A DNA stretch of 64,000 nt from an uncultured virus (IMG/VR IMGVR_UViG_3300029705_002947) (IMGVR_UViG_3300029705_002947), one strand, 5' to 3'. Counted from the first letter of the stretch, positions 18,921 through 28,960 are shown. Notes: generated from the letters alone by a model not told the origin. Translations and numbers: made by a program.

Positions 18921-19895
18921 TTAAAATACATCTCCAACAAATCTGTCTTGTTTACATAAATTTACATCATCTAATTCTTTACCAGCTATATTATCATATA
19001 TCTTACATAATGATACATAGATTTTTGCTAATTGAACTTTATCATTACGTGCTAATGAATATACTAGATGTGTTATATCTGCATAAGCTTTATTATATTT
19101 AAAATGATTTCTTTCAGCATCATATTCTAATTGTATGTCATAAGGAACTTTATCTTTTATATCGTATAACATATGACATAACATATCACCCATTTTATAC
19201 GTATCAGCTAAATCTTGTTCTAATAATGCTTTTAAATATAAGAACGGTTCGTCGTTTGCATTTACTGTTTTTATTTTAGGTTCTTCAGTTTTATCCATTG
19301 GATGTCTGAAATATTCTTGATAATATCCTTCATTACCGTCTATACATAATACTCCTGTAGATACTTGATATTTTTCTTTCCATAATTCTAATAAATCTAC
19401 AGGTAATTCATGAACCATAACTTTTAATTCTATCTGTGCATAATCATCTAATTTTCTTTTCTCTTTAATCTCATAAGATTGAATTCCTGAATAATATTTA
19501 AAGAAATCACACATAAATTGCATTCTATCAGAAACGAATGTATCATCTCTAAAATATTGACCTTGGATAAATTTCTTTTTAATACTTACACCAAAACCAT
19601 TATCAACTATACTAAATTTGTATAAATCTACTGGTCTATCATCATTTAATTCTTCTTCATATCTATCCATATTTTTATATATTTCAACGTTTACTTGATG
19701 ACAATTAACTCTAGCATCAGTTCCGTACATTTGTTGCATTGAAATATCATCTGCTTGGTTAACTATATTTCCAAATAATAATTCTGATGTAAACGTTAAT
19801 CCATTTTCTGATGATGTAACAAAGTTTAAATTATCATTCATAAATTGTACTATATCCTTAGCAAAACCTCTTAATTCTACTATTAAATGTTTCAT
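18921..19895 (-). CDS. Hypothetical protein, possible diverged paralog of 18067..18873
   Basis: Long ORF; weak by-eye similarity (G..K.V/I..F..DN, W.EKY, AL.E). Confidence 0.75.
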   Translation of the reverse strand: MKHLIVELRGFAKDIVQFMNDNLNFVTSSENGLTFTSELLFGNIVNQADDISMQQMYGTDARVNCHQVNVEIYKNMDRYEEELNDDRPVDLYKFSIVDNGFGVSIKKKFIQGQYFRDDTFVSDRMQFMCDFFKYYSGIQSYEIKEKRKLDDYAQIELKVMVHELPVDLLELWKEKYQVSTGVLCIDGNEGYYQEYFRHPMDKTEEPKIKTVNANDEPFLYLKALLEQDLADTYKMGDMLCHMLYDIKDKVPYDIQLEYDAERNHFKYNKAYADITHLVYSLARNDKVQLAKIYVSLCKIYDNIAGKELDDVNLCKQDRFVGDVF

Positions 19896-19986
19896 ATTAT
19901 TACCTCCTAATAATTTTATTTTGGTGTTAAATTGTTATTTGGAACATAAAAAATAGAGGATAGATATTTCTATCCTCTATTATATC

Positions 19987-20457
19987 TTAAAGCTTGCTAC
20001 TTCCGTATGCAGCTCTTCTTTGATTGTTGTTGTTGTTATTTCCTTTATTCTTATTAGCATTTCCTTGTTTAAGGATAACTTTTTCATAAAGAGCTAATAA
20101 TGAATCAACACCTTCTTCTATCTTAGCTAAGCTTGGAGTTAATTCTGAATTACTTGCTATTTTGATACTTTCTATTATATTTAAAACTTCACGTAGTTTA
20201 CGATCTACCTCTACTGTTGTTTGTACTCTAGCATTTATAACTGTTCCACAAATTCTACAAACAAGAGTTCCATCTTCTTTACCTGGTTGTACTGCAGGTC
20301 TTCCATGAGAATCTTTATGATCACATCTAAATCTGATCATTTTGTCACGTTTGTCTAATTGTTGTCTTTCTATTTTCATTTGTCTTAATTCTTCTGCTAC
20401 TTTGTTTCCTGTTCCTTGTACATTATTATTATTTACATTATTATTTAATTGGCTCAT
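19987..20457 (-). CDS. Putative zinc-ribbon protein with Asn-rich termini
   Basis: CDH...CRICG metal ligands; poly-N stretches at both ends; both promoter classes lie upstream. Confidence 0.7.
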   Translation of the reverse strand: MSQLNNNVNNNNVQGTGNKVAEELRQMKIERQQLDKRDKMIRFRCDHKDSHGRPAVQPGKEDGTLVCRICGTVINARVQTTVEVDRKLREVLNIIESIKIASNSELTPSLAKIEEGVDSLLALYEKVILKQGNANKNKGNNNNNNQRRAAYGSSKL

Positions 20458-20605
20458 AAGTTGTTACCTCCTAATAATTTTAATATATTTTTTATTCATG
20501 GAACATAGAAATGTATTATAATTATTTTCTATATTCACTTATATAATATAGTACTGAAATTTTACGTTTTACACTTTAGACATTTGTTTATATATTTATA
20601 AAATT

Positions 20606-20884
20606 TTAATCGAGCACATCTCTTAATGTTATACCTACTTCTAGGTCCATTACTACATAAACTTGAACTATTTCATCTACGTCAAGATATGATATAGCCT
20701 CACGATTCTGTGTATCCTTATGTCTAAGTTTAAGAATATCACATCCACCCATATTTACAAAATCTTCTCCTTTTAAAGCATATCTACCAAAATAGAATTT
20801 TGTTCCATTGGCACATCTTATACCAACTATATTTTCATATCCTCCTGCTTCTGCAGCTATCGCATCTATTACTGGTTTATTCAT
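20606..20884 (-). CDS. Hypothetical protein
   Basis: 92-aa ORF; ATGA overlap with the upstream small ORF. Confidence 0.7.
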   Translation of the reverse strand: MNKPVIDAIAAEAGGYENIVGIRCANGTKFYFGRYALKGEDFVNMGGCDILKLRHKDTQNREAISYLDVDEIVQVYVVMDLEVGITLRDVLD

Positions 20885-21048
20885 TTCCTTTTACCACCTT
20901 TCTTCTTTTTTCTTTTTCCCTTTCCATGTTTTTCTATACCTAATTGTTTCATCAATCTCTCTATTCTCTCCTCCTTGGTTTCGGGAGGTTTATAGTTAGC
21001 AGACCTCCCTGTACCTTTAAAGGCTTTCTGTAAATTTGCTGGTATCAT
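20881..21048 (-). CDS. Small basic protein (55 aa)
   Basis: Hand-translated MIPANLQKAFKGTGRSANYKPPETKEERIERLMKQLGIEKHGKGKRKKKKGGKRK; GGAG RBS; stop overlaps the next start (ATGA). Confidence 0.7.
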   Translation of the reverse strand: MIPANLQKAFKGTGRSANYKPPETKEERIERLMKQLGIEKHGKGKRKKKKGGKRK

Positions 21049-21060
21049 TTAATCATCTCC

Positions 21061-22248
21061 TTAATAGGCATATATTAAACCTTCACTTGCTCTAGTTATT
21101 CCTGTATAGTTTAATTTGTTTTGTATATCCCTATCACCTCTTCCAAATGGTTCTGATATAAATAAAACATTTTCTGCTTGAGAACCCTGAGAAAGATGTA
21201 CTGTTATACAATCTCCAAATTCAAACATATCAAACATAGAATAACCTTTCTTATGATCGTTATCAAGTTGTATACTTTGAATTAAACTTTTATAATCTAT
21301 TCTTACATTGTTAAATATTAAATCTTCATTAAAATCAGGTACAAATGTTATATCTACTGTTTTACCATTATATGTTGACTTGTTCACATCTTTAACAAAT
21401 CCCAACATACCATTTACTAGATATACACCGTCACCTACTATCCTATTTCTATTATTTTTTCTACATATAAGTTTTTCACCTATAACAGGTAATTCTGATT
21501 CTATACATCTAAGTTCTTCTCTAATATACTTATTAATTCTAGCTCTACTAGCATTTGTAGGTGTTAATATCATATCTGCCCTTAATAACATATTGTCATT
21601 AACTTTATCCTTTGGTATAACATAACATTTGTCACCATATTTACCATATGGAATATGTTCACCTCTAGAAGCTAATTGACTTAAATATATTATAGGATTT
21701 CCTTCTGCTTGACGCATTATCTTAGTCAATACATAATCAGGTCTAATGAGATATTTAGTTCCTCCTATTACAGGAGGTAATTGTTGTAAATCTCCTAGAC
21801 ATATTATAGGTACGTCAAATGATTCAATATCATCTCCAAATGATTCATTTACCATAGGAGCTTCATCTATAACTATCAATTTAATATTACTAGGAATTTG
21901 TTCCTTTTTAATAAACTCCGGTCTTGTTACAACCCTACCATTCTTAATTACGGCTTTTCCGTCCTCATCTTTTACTGGTACAAATTCTATATTATAAAAC
22001 GCACTATGAATAGTTCTTCCATTAACACCACTTCGTGTTAATTGTAATGCCGCTTTACCAACATAAGCGACAAATAATACATCTTCCATTTTCAATCCCA
22101 ATTCTTGTATTATCGTTCTAACTATAGTTGTTTTACCCGACCCTGCAGGTCCACTAATTTCAAATGTCTGTTTTGACGAATAATTCTTATACCATTTAAC
22201 TGCAAGTTTAACACATTCCTCTTGCTGGTCATTTAATATTATTCCCAT
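21061..22248 (-). CDS. SF1B helicase, RecD/Dda-like
   Basis: LNDQQ, GPAGSGKTT, TIHS, IVIDEAPMV, GDLQQLPPV, LTKIMRQ, TVHLSQGS, YTGITRA. Confidence 0.92.
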   Translation of the reverse strand: MGIILNDQQEECVKLAVKWYKNYSSKQTFEISGPAGSGKTTIVRTIIQELGLKMEDVLFVAYVGKAALQLTRSGVNGRTIHSAFYNIEFVPVKDEDGKAVIKNGRVVTRPEFIKKEQIPSNIKLIVIDEAPMVNESFGDDIESFDVPIICLGDLQQLPPVIGGTKYLIRPDYVLTKIMRQAEGNPIIYLSQLASRGEHIPYGKYGDKCYVIPKDKVNDNMLLRADMILTPTNASRARINKYIREELRCIESELPVIGEKLICRKNNRNRIVGDGVYLVNGMLGFVKDVNKSTYNGKTVDITFVPDFNEDLIFNNVRIDYKSLIQSIQLDNDHKKGYSMFDMFEFGDCITVHLSQGSQAENVLFISEPFGRGDRDIQNKLNYTGITRASEGLIYAY

Positions 22249-22326
22249 ATTATCATACCTCCTTAAATAATTTATTGTCTATGAAATTATACAATATTAT
22301 AAATATCGTATACAGGAGGTAAAATT

Positions 22327-22773
22327 ATGGATATAACAAATATGAATGATATTCAAATAAATCAATTAGAATACTGTATAATAGCTGAGAAAACTTATTT
22401 ACCAGCAGACAGTGTTAAAGTATATATACCTAAATTAAATATAGATACAAGTAAATGTACTGTTAGAGCAAACGAATCTATATTGGTGAATGACCCTGAA
22501 TGTAAACCTAAAGTAGTAAACCCTATAAAACTATTAGATACTATAACTGTAAAAACATTCTCAGGATTAGAGTTATCTAAATCTGCGGTATTAAAGAAAA
22601 AAGAATGTGGATGTAAGGTAGTAAATCACGTATTAATAAAAGATTGTCGGGGGGATGAAATGACATTTATAGACGGTCATATAGTAGAAGCTTATTTACC
22701 AAAAGGTGCTCAGATGATAGTTTGTTTTATGGATGGTAATATAAACGATGCTTATCTAACGAACTTTATATAA
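22327..22773 (+). CDS. Putative baseplate spike/hub-associated protein (OB-fold-like)
   Basis: VKVYIPKL and LPKG..MIVCFMDGNIN resemble gp5/VgrG-type OB-fold patterns; next to a wedge-like gene. Confidence 0.4.
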   Translation: MDITNMNDIQINQLEYCIIAEKTYLPADSVKVYIPKLNIDTSKCTVRANESILVNDPECKPKVVNPIKLLDTITVKTFSGLELSKSAVLKKKECGCKVVNHVLIKDCRGDEMTFIDGHIVEAYLPKGAQMIVCFMDGNINDAYLTNFI

Positions 22774-22786
22774 TGAGGTGATGTGA

Positions 22787-23224
22787 ATGTCCTATAGAAA
22801 TAGGTCAACAATAAAAAGTATTATAGATGAAGGTAAAAACTTAAAAATAATAAACAGAGAACTTTCTTTAAAAGAAATTATGGTTAATAGTGTAGGTGAA
22901 AAAATTGTTGTCAATATGTATAATTTATACGAAAAATACTATGAATTATTATTAGAACATACTGCAAGAGTTGTATTATCTGAAGAAGAACAAATGAAAT
23001 ATAGATTTAATCCTAGATTACTATCTAAAGACTTATATGGTACTATAGAATTACATTATATGTTATTAAGATTAAATCATGTCTATTCTGTTATCAATTT
23101 TGACTTTACAGAAGTTACAGTTTTTAAACCTTCAGTAATAACATTATTAAATGAAATAATGGTTATTGAATCAGAAAATTTCATTGAAAATGAAGTTTCG
23201 ATAATAAAGAGATTGAATGAGTAA
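22787..23224 (+). CDS. Putative baseplate wedge protein (T4 gp53/LysM-like)
   Basis: YRFNPRLLSKDLYGTIELHYMLLRLN matches the RP..LS..LYG...L.W.IL..N pattern. Confidence 0.6.
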   Translation: MSYRNRSTIKSIIDEGKNLKIINRELSLKEIMVNSVGEKIVVNMYNLYEKYYELLLEHTARVVLSEEEQMKYRFNPRLLSKDLYGTIELHYMLLRLNHVYSVINFDFTEVTVFKPSVITLLNEIMVIESENFIENEVSIIKRLNE

Positions 23225-23241
23225 AAACTCATTCAATCTCT
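23208..23241. terminator. Bidirectional terminator-like hairpin
   Basis: agagattgaatgagt-aaaa-actcattcaatctct between convergent transcription units. Confidence 0.75.
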
Positions 23242-23248
23242 ATTTTGT

Positions 23249-23335
23249 TATTAAGACCGATTAATACCAAAGTATTAATCGAAAGGATGTAATGTTACCA
23301 TCCCCTACCTACAAACTACATAGGTAATCTTAATA
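23249..23335 (-). ncRNA. Candidate four-way-junction structured RNA
   Basis: Four nested or adjacent helices in 87 nt; G-U extensions work only on the minus strand (see findings). Confidence 0.4.
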
Positions 23336-23388
23336 TAAAGTTTAAAGTTAAAAAATAATCTAATTATTCATCATTTGTTATTTAAATA

Positions 23389-25335
23389 TTAAGCTGCTAT
23401 CATACCAGCTAAAGCTGGGTTACCAAATTCAGCTTCAGGTAGTGAATCTAAAACATTTGTTTCTTTTCCTAATGTACAATCTGGTGTTATTGTCGCTTGT
23501 TTCTTTCTAGCCGCATTTGCAAATAATGAAGAAGAATTATTATTTTTCTTACTACTATGTTTTTCTAATTCTTCTTTATCTCCTTTAAATTGTAACTCTT
23601 TAACTGTTAACCATACTGGTTTTCCATTTTCATCTAATAAATCAGCATCTTTTTGGAATGCTATTTGACTTCCTTCAACATAAGGTATAAAACATCTTGC
23701 GGCATTATGTTTCCCTGCTCTTGATTTTATTACAAGAGCTTCTAAATGTGTAAAATGTATTGAATCTGATAATTCATCTCTTTCATATGTTTCAGATGTT
23801 TGTGCAAATACTAAAGCGAAATCTGCACATTCAACAACACCTTTTGATTCAGAGAATACTGTCTCAGGACAGTCTCTAGGTATAACACTTGTATTCATTT
23901 TTCCTCTTGCTTTAAATACTTCATTACTCATTTCAACTTTAACTTGTGATGCAGTTATAACTGCTACGTCACATTCTATTGCTAAAGCACGTAAATCTGA
24001 AGTTATATTATCTATTCTTATTCTGTTTTCTGCATGATTTTCTACAGGTCTGAAACCTTTTATATAATCGGCTATTACTGCTACTACTTGTAATTTTTCA
24101 GACTCTCTTAATATTTCTATATCTCTTATTATTTCATTTTTAGAATAAGAGTTATTTGGTACTTGTATAAATCTTATTTTAGTTGGTGTATGTCTTGATA
24201 ATATTCTACTTGCTTCAACTAATTCATTTTCTATCTCTTCGTCAGTTAATTTCATTTTTTCTCTTGTTAACGGATCTTCCCAAGTTATATCAGTTCCTGT
24301 TAACATTTTAATATATCTTCCTTTTATATCTTCAACACCTGTTTCTGCAGATATATATAATATACATGGAGTTAAACCTGGTTCATGTTTAACTTGTGGA
24401 TTATATAATGCCATATCTATTGCAGAACTTATCATCATTGTAGTTTTACCATTTCCTGAAGGTGCTCCATAAACCATTAATTGTTTTGATTCTAAACCAC
24501 CACCAGTTATCATATTTAACCAACGATGACCAAATTTAAATTTATTACAACCATTTACTTGTAATTGTAAATTTCTTTGGTTTTCATCTCTACATTCTTC
24601 TTCATTTAAGTTTGCTGTAAATCCTGTTTCTAAAGCACTTTTACCAACTTTACTTCCAAGATTTATTCTATAATATTTTTCTCTATTTCTTTCTATTTTC
24701 TTTTTAAGATTAAGATATTCTTCTTCAACGTCTTTACCTTCTCTTAATCCATCAATTGTAGCTTGTAATGCTTCATAATCTTCACATTGTTCAAATAAAA
24801 ATTTATTCTTTGTTATTCTATTTACCATATAATTAAAAGCTGACTCTGATAAAAATTTATACATATCTTCATCTGTCATACCTGTTAAATATTCACTTAT
24901 AGGTAATTCATTTTTAACATGTTTCATTAAATCTAAATACCCTATTTCTTTATCTACTCCTGTATCACAATAATCTAAAAATGCATATCCCGAACATATT
25001 CCTTTATTTCTTGCCTCTATTGCAGTTTTACACCATTGCACCATATCAAATATTTTAACGTCCTTTATATCTTTCAAATTCAATTGATTTACGAACACTT
25101 CTAAAACTCCTGTAATGTAATTATTTCTTTTTGGATATTCATCTAATAAAAAATATAAAACCATATCCTTAATTACAAATTCAGGTAATCCCATTAATAA
25201 TTGCTCCGTATCAGATTTTTTCATTCTATTATAATTATCTAAAAATTTATTTTTCCCATTAGTTTGTATTAAATTGTTTCCTGACATAGATCCATCTCCA
25301 TGGATTGTCGTTGGTGATAAATTTATATTCTCCAT
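23389..25335 (-). CDS. DnaB-like replicative helicase (jumbo-phage type)
   Basis: LNMITGGG...GAPSGNGKT Walker A, LYISAE, VIADYI, LRALA.E...VITASQ, ADF, IKSR motifs of SF4 helicases. Confidence 0.88.
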   Translation of the reverse strand: MENINLSPTTIHGDGSMSGNNLIQTNGKNKFLDNYNRMKKSDTEQLLMGLPEFVIKDMVLYFLLDEYPKRNNYITGVLEVFVNQLNLKDIKDVKIFDMVQWCKTAIEARNKGICSGYAFLDYCDTGVDKEIGYLDLMKHVKNELPISEYLTGMTDEDMYKFLSESAFNYMVNRITKNKFLFEQCEDYEALQATIDGLREGKDVEEEYLNLKKKIERNREKYYRINLGSKVGKSALETGFTANLNEEECRDENQRNLQLQVNGCNKFKFGHRWLNMITGGGLESKQLMVYGAPSGNGKTTMMISSAIDMALYNPQVKHEPGLTPCILYISAETGVEDIKGRYIKMLTGTDITWEDPLTREKMKLTDEEIENELVEASRILSRHTPTKIRFIQVPNNSYSKNEIIRDIEILRESEKLQVVAVIADYIKGFRPVENHAENRIRIDNITSDLRALAIECDVAVITASQVKVEMSNEVFKARGKMNTSVIPRDCPETVFSESKGVVECADFALVFAQTSETYERDELSDSIHFTHLEALVIKSRAGKHNAARCFIPYVEGSQIAFQKDADLLDENGKPVWLTVKELQFKGDKEELEKHSSKKNNNSSSLFANAARKKQATITPDCTLGKETNVLDSLPEAEFGNPALAGMIAA

Positions 25336-25482
25336 AAACTCATATCTCCTTTCGATTTAAAAAAATCATATTTTTAATTATTTTATTTGTTATATTTAAA
25401 ATACAATTTTATCATTCAGTTATAATAATGTTATTAAATAAAAAATCACTGCTTGGAGACCGTCGACTAGCCTCCAAACATT

Positions 25483-26625
25483 TTATTTACTAGCATTACC
25501 AGAGATCATTGACCTGATCCTTTCTAAACTTATTTCTTTTCCTGTTTTAAGTTTTATATATTCTCTTATCTTTTCATCGTAGCCTACAGATTTATCGAAT
25601 ATAAAATTATACTTATCCATCAATAAATTAACCTTTTCTCTAAGTTCTTTGTCTAATTTAACTTTACTATTTTCTATAATCTGTATTTTAACGTTTTTCA
25701 TATCATGAAATACTACGTTCATGTTATCAACAAAAGTTGCTGAATTCATCATATTCTCTGGTGTATTTATTTTTATTCTTAAGTAGTCTTTTTTATAAGT
25801 ATTAACTAGGTTTTTAAAGTAATTTATCTGTTCGTTTATCATTAATGAAAATACATTATTATCTGGATTTATCTCTATCGTATCATATCTCATAGTATTT
25901 TCGTTTTCAATAAATTCAAAATTAGATTCTTTAGTTTCACTATCAAATTCTACTATATAAAAACCTTTAGCCTCTTCTTCACCAAATCTACTTCTAACTA
26001 AACTTCCTGTATATTGAATTCTATTTCTTATTCTTTGTGCTGTATGAATATGACCGAATACTATAGGTCCTTCACATATATCTTCCATATCTTTAGAATT
26101 GAATACTGGATATTTTTTCATAGTTTGATATTTATTCTTTGAAGAAAAATTAGTTTCTTCGAACATTCCATGCCCAAATATAAATTGATATTTCTTGTTA
26201 AAATATTCTTTATAATAATCTTTATAATCTTCCATATATTCTTCAGGAATATATAATATATTTATTCCTGGAAATAATTCCTCTTCGTCAACTGTTAATA
26301 TTAATTTATAATCACATTGGCTACTATTAGCTATCTGTGCTAAATTCTTTAATTGATTTTCAGGATCATGTGAACTAGTTCCTCTAATTTGTCTAACTTT
26401 AATATCATTCTGCTCACATACTTTAATTAAATCCGAAAATGCTTTTACTGAATACATTGCATGTGCACTTGACATTGATAACTTTGTATCATAATAATCT
26501 CCTGCGATAACAACACAATCGATATCTTTTAGATTATCGATAATTAATTGAAATTCTTTATAAAGCAATTCAGGAGGGTAATACCCAAAATGGATATCAC
26601 CCACTACTAAAAACCTTTTAATCAT
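25483..26625 (-). CDS. sbcD: SbcD/Mre11-like metallophosphoesterase nuclease
   Basis: GDIHFG, IAGDYYD, GTSSHD, FGHG, FGHIH, YTGS...FGE..KG motifs. Confidence 0.85.
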   Translation of the reverse strand: MIKRFLVVGDIHFGYYPPELLYKEFQLIIDNLKDIDCVVIAGDYYDTKLSMSSAHAMYSVKAFSDLIKVCEQNDIKVRQIRGTSSHDPENQLKNLAQIANSSQCDYKLILTVDEEELFPGINILYIPEEYMEDYKDYYKEYFNKKYQFIFGHGMFEETNFSSKNKYQTMKKYPVFNSKDMEDICEGPIVFGHIHTAQRIRNRIQYTGSLVRSRFGEEEAKGFYIVEFDSETKESNFEFIENENTMRYDTIEINPDNNVFSLMINEQINYFKNLVNTYKKDYLRIKINTPENMMNSATFVDNMNVVFHDMKNVKIQIIENSKVKLDKELREKVNLLMDKYNFIFDKSVGYDEKIREYIKLKTGKEISLERIRSMISGNASK

Positions 26626-27272
26626 TATAATAAATCACCCCATTCTTTATTTAATTCATAAACCATATAAAACACATCTGTCAACTTATTAAATAAATCT
26701 ATATAATCTTCCATTTCACTTCTATGTTTAAATTTAACATTAACTTCACCGTCTTTTATTCTACATATACCAACTTGCTCTACATATATATCATGTTTCT
26801 CTAATAATTGAATATAAGCACCTAGTTGAATAAAATGTGATGAATAAAATCTTTTAGATGTTTTAAAATCTAGAATTGTTAAATCACCATTAATTTTACA
26901 TAAAAGGTCTATTGTACCACCATAACGTGTAGTACTATATGATTTCTCTCCCCATATCGGTTCAAGCTCAACTGTCTTTAAATAATCCTTAAAAGCATTT
27001 ATATTTTCATATATAAAGTTTACTGTATCCGGGTTACTTATATCAAATTCTTTTCCTTCTTTAAATAAATATTCATGTAAAAGTTCATGAACAAACGTTC
27101 CTTTATTTGCAGATTCTTCTAGAACCTTATCATAAGATTGTCTTTTCCATCCTAAACTATTAGCCCATTTAGCAATAAAGGGTTTATTTAATATTTTCAT
27201 AATAGTTGTAACTGAAGGTACTTCTACCTCCTCTTCATTCATATAAGTTGAATGATCTGAATATTTTCCCAT
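26625..27272 (-). CDS. PD-(D/E)xK exonuclease (RecB/Cas4-like fold)
   Basis: PSVTTI, GTFVH, E, GGTID, ILDFKTS, QLGAY. Confidence 0.85.
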   Translation of the reverse strand: MGKYSDHSTYMNEEEVEVPSVTTIMKILNKPFIAKWANSLGWKRQSYDKVLEESANKGTFVHELLHEYLFKEGKEFDISNPDTVNFIYENINAFKDYLKTVELEPIWGEKSYSTTRYGGTIDLLCKINGDLTILDFKTSKRFYSSHFIQLGAYIQLLEKHDIYVEQVGICRIKDGEVNVKFKHRSEMEDYIDLFNKLTDVFYMVYELNKEWGDLL

Positions 27273-27285
27273 ATACTACCTCCTA

Positions 27286-27618
27286 TTATATAAGTTCTTC
27301 TTTAAATTTATAAAAACTTCCATGTAATTGGCAAAATTTTTTTAAAGCAAACCTAAAATATTCTTTACATAATTCATTATTTTGTTCGTTATATATTTTC
27401 CCACTCATCATTATATTATAACCTTTAACTATATTTACTATATCTCCTCGTAAGTCATCTTTTAATCTATCAGGTAATGATATTTTACTTAATTCTTCTT
27501 CTATAATATCACCTTCTACTTTTATATAATAAGTCTTTTCTTCAGGTAATTCTTCAATATATAAAAATATTTTCTCATCTCCAAAAACTTCTTTGAATAA
27601 TGTAAATGTCGTTTTCAT
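27286..27618 (-). CDS. Hypothetical protein
   Basis: 110 aa ORF, GGAGG RBS, late-type promoter at 27646-27657. Confidence 0.75.
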   Translation of the reverse strand: MKTTFTLFKEVFGDEKIFLYIEELPEEKTYYIKVEGDIIEEELSKISLPDRLKDDLRGDIVNIVKGYNIMMSGKIYNEQNNELCKEYFRFALKKFCQLHGSFYKFKEELI

Positions 27619-27755
27619 AATTATTCCTCCTTTTAATATTCAATTTATCATAATGTTAGTAAAAAATTATAATTTCATTTAATTGTATCAATTATTATAT
27701 GAATTAAATGTTATAAAAAGTGTATTATAAATTATCAACAGTACAACAACTTATT

Positions 27756-27949
27756 AATGCAAAGCATTAATTAACGAAACGACTCCCTCCAAAGGGAGGA
27801 GTGGAAAAATAAGTTGTTAATAATTGACTTTGGGTTAGGACGGTACGTTCATTTTCAATGAACAACTTAACCCAAAAACCTCCCATAAACTCATATTTAA
27901 TTTTGTATAGACAGTTGGTATCTGAAAATACCAACTGTCTATATTTTTT
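27756..27949 (+). ncRNA. Candidate ~190-nt structured small RNA
   Basis: Bounded by an AACA-N6-TA motif (27745-27756) and a 16-bp terminator with U-tract (27906-27949); three internal stems; no convincing ORF. Confidence 0.5.
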
Positions 27950-27995
27950 ATGCTAAAACAATTTAGTAAGATTAAGCTAAATAAATATAAAGGAG

Positions 27996-28946
27996 TTGAT
28001 ACAGTTTATGGCAGGATATAAACCTATAACTAGTACATATTTATTTAAAAACCTAGGTGGAAATACTTTAACTAGTAAAATAAATGATGCTGCCTCAAGT
28101 GGTAAAAGATATACTGAACAAGATTTATTAGAACAGTTTGTATATATAAAAAACTATGAAAAATCTTTATTAAAACAAAGAGTATTAACTGAATTTAAAG
28201 AAGGAAGAATAGAATTAATATATGCTGATAATGTTCAGTTATCAAAATTAATGCCTTTTATATTAGTACCTTCGCAAATGGGTCATAAGGTTATAATATT
28301 TTTAAATCCATTCTGTGGTAAAAGATCTGATGGATTATTAAATATAAGAGGTAATGTTTTATATACTTTATTAGAAAGTGCATATTTAGCTAAAAACTTT
28401 GCAGATAATTATAATGCAGTAAAAAATGATACTTTAGTTAGACAACAAGGTGCATTGATGTATGCTAATATATTTATAAAACCAATAAATAAAATGTTTA
28501 ATACTAACTTAGATACTACAAGAGAAGGTAAAGTATTATTTTTAGCATCTAAATTTTATTTAAAAAATGTATTAGGAATAGATAACGATGAATATATACT
28601 TAATGTGGGAACTAAAATAGCAAATCGTGTATCACCTTATACATTACAAGAAGTAGATGCTATAGTTGATGAAGAAGCTTATCAAGATATAAGTACATTT
28701 ATACAAGCATTAGGTGATGAAAGACTACATTTAGGATTTGAAGGAAAATTACAACTAAGAAACTATTTATATACATATATTTCTATGTATGGAGAAGCTG
28801 CACCATTCTGTCTTGAATCTATGGTATATTTTATATTTATGGTTAATACAGTTAGAAGAGGTGCTGATAGAATGTTTAATCAAATGCAATTAGAACCTAT
28901 AATAGAAAAATCTGGAGAAAAAATGTTAAGAAATCTTTATAGATAG
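27996..28946 (+). CDS. Hypothetical protein, possibly virion-associated
   Basis: 316-aa ORF, probable ATG at 28008; late-type promoter at 27957-27968. Confidence 0.75.
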   Translation: MIQFMAGYKPITSTYLFKNLGGNTLTSKINDAASSGKRYTEQDLLEQFVYIKNYEKSLLKQRVLTEFKEGRIELIYADNVQLSKLMPFILVPSQMGHKVIIFLNPFCGKRSDGLLNIRGNVLYTLLESAYLAKNFADNYNAVKNDTLVRQQGALMYANIFIKPINKMFNTNLDTTREGKVLFLASKFYLKNVLGIDNDEYILNVGTKIANRVSPYTLQEVDAIVDEEAYQDISTFIQALGDERLHLGFEGKLQLRNYLYTYISMYGEAAPFCLESMVYFIFMVNTVRRGADRMFNQMQLEPIIEKSGEKMLRNLYR

Positions 28947-28960
28947 GAGAGGATTAAATA

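Noticed and set aside
23249..23335. tRNA gene
   Set aside because: Cloverleaf-like, but has no TTC T-loop, D-loop GG or 7-nt anticodon-arm geometry; kept only as an ncRNA candidate.
26625..27272. Cas4 as part of a CRISPR-Cas system
   Set aside because: Lacks the Fe-S cysteine cluster and sits with SbcD and the helicase in a replication/recombination cluster.
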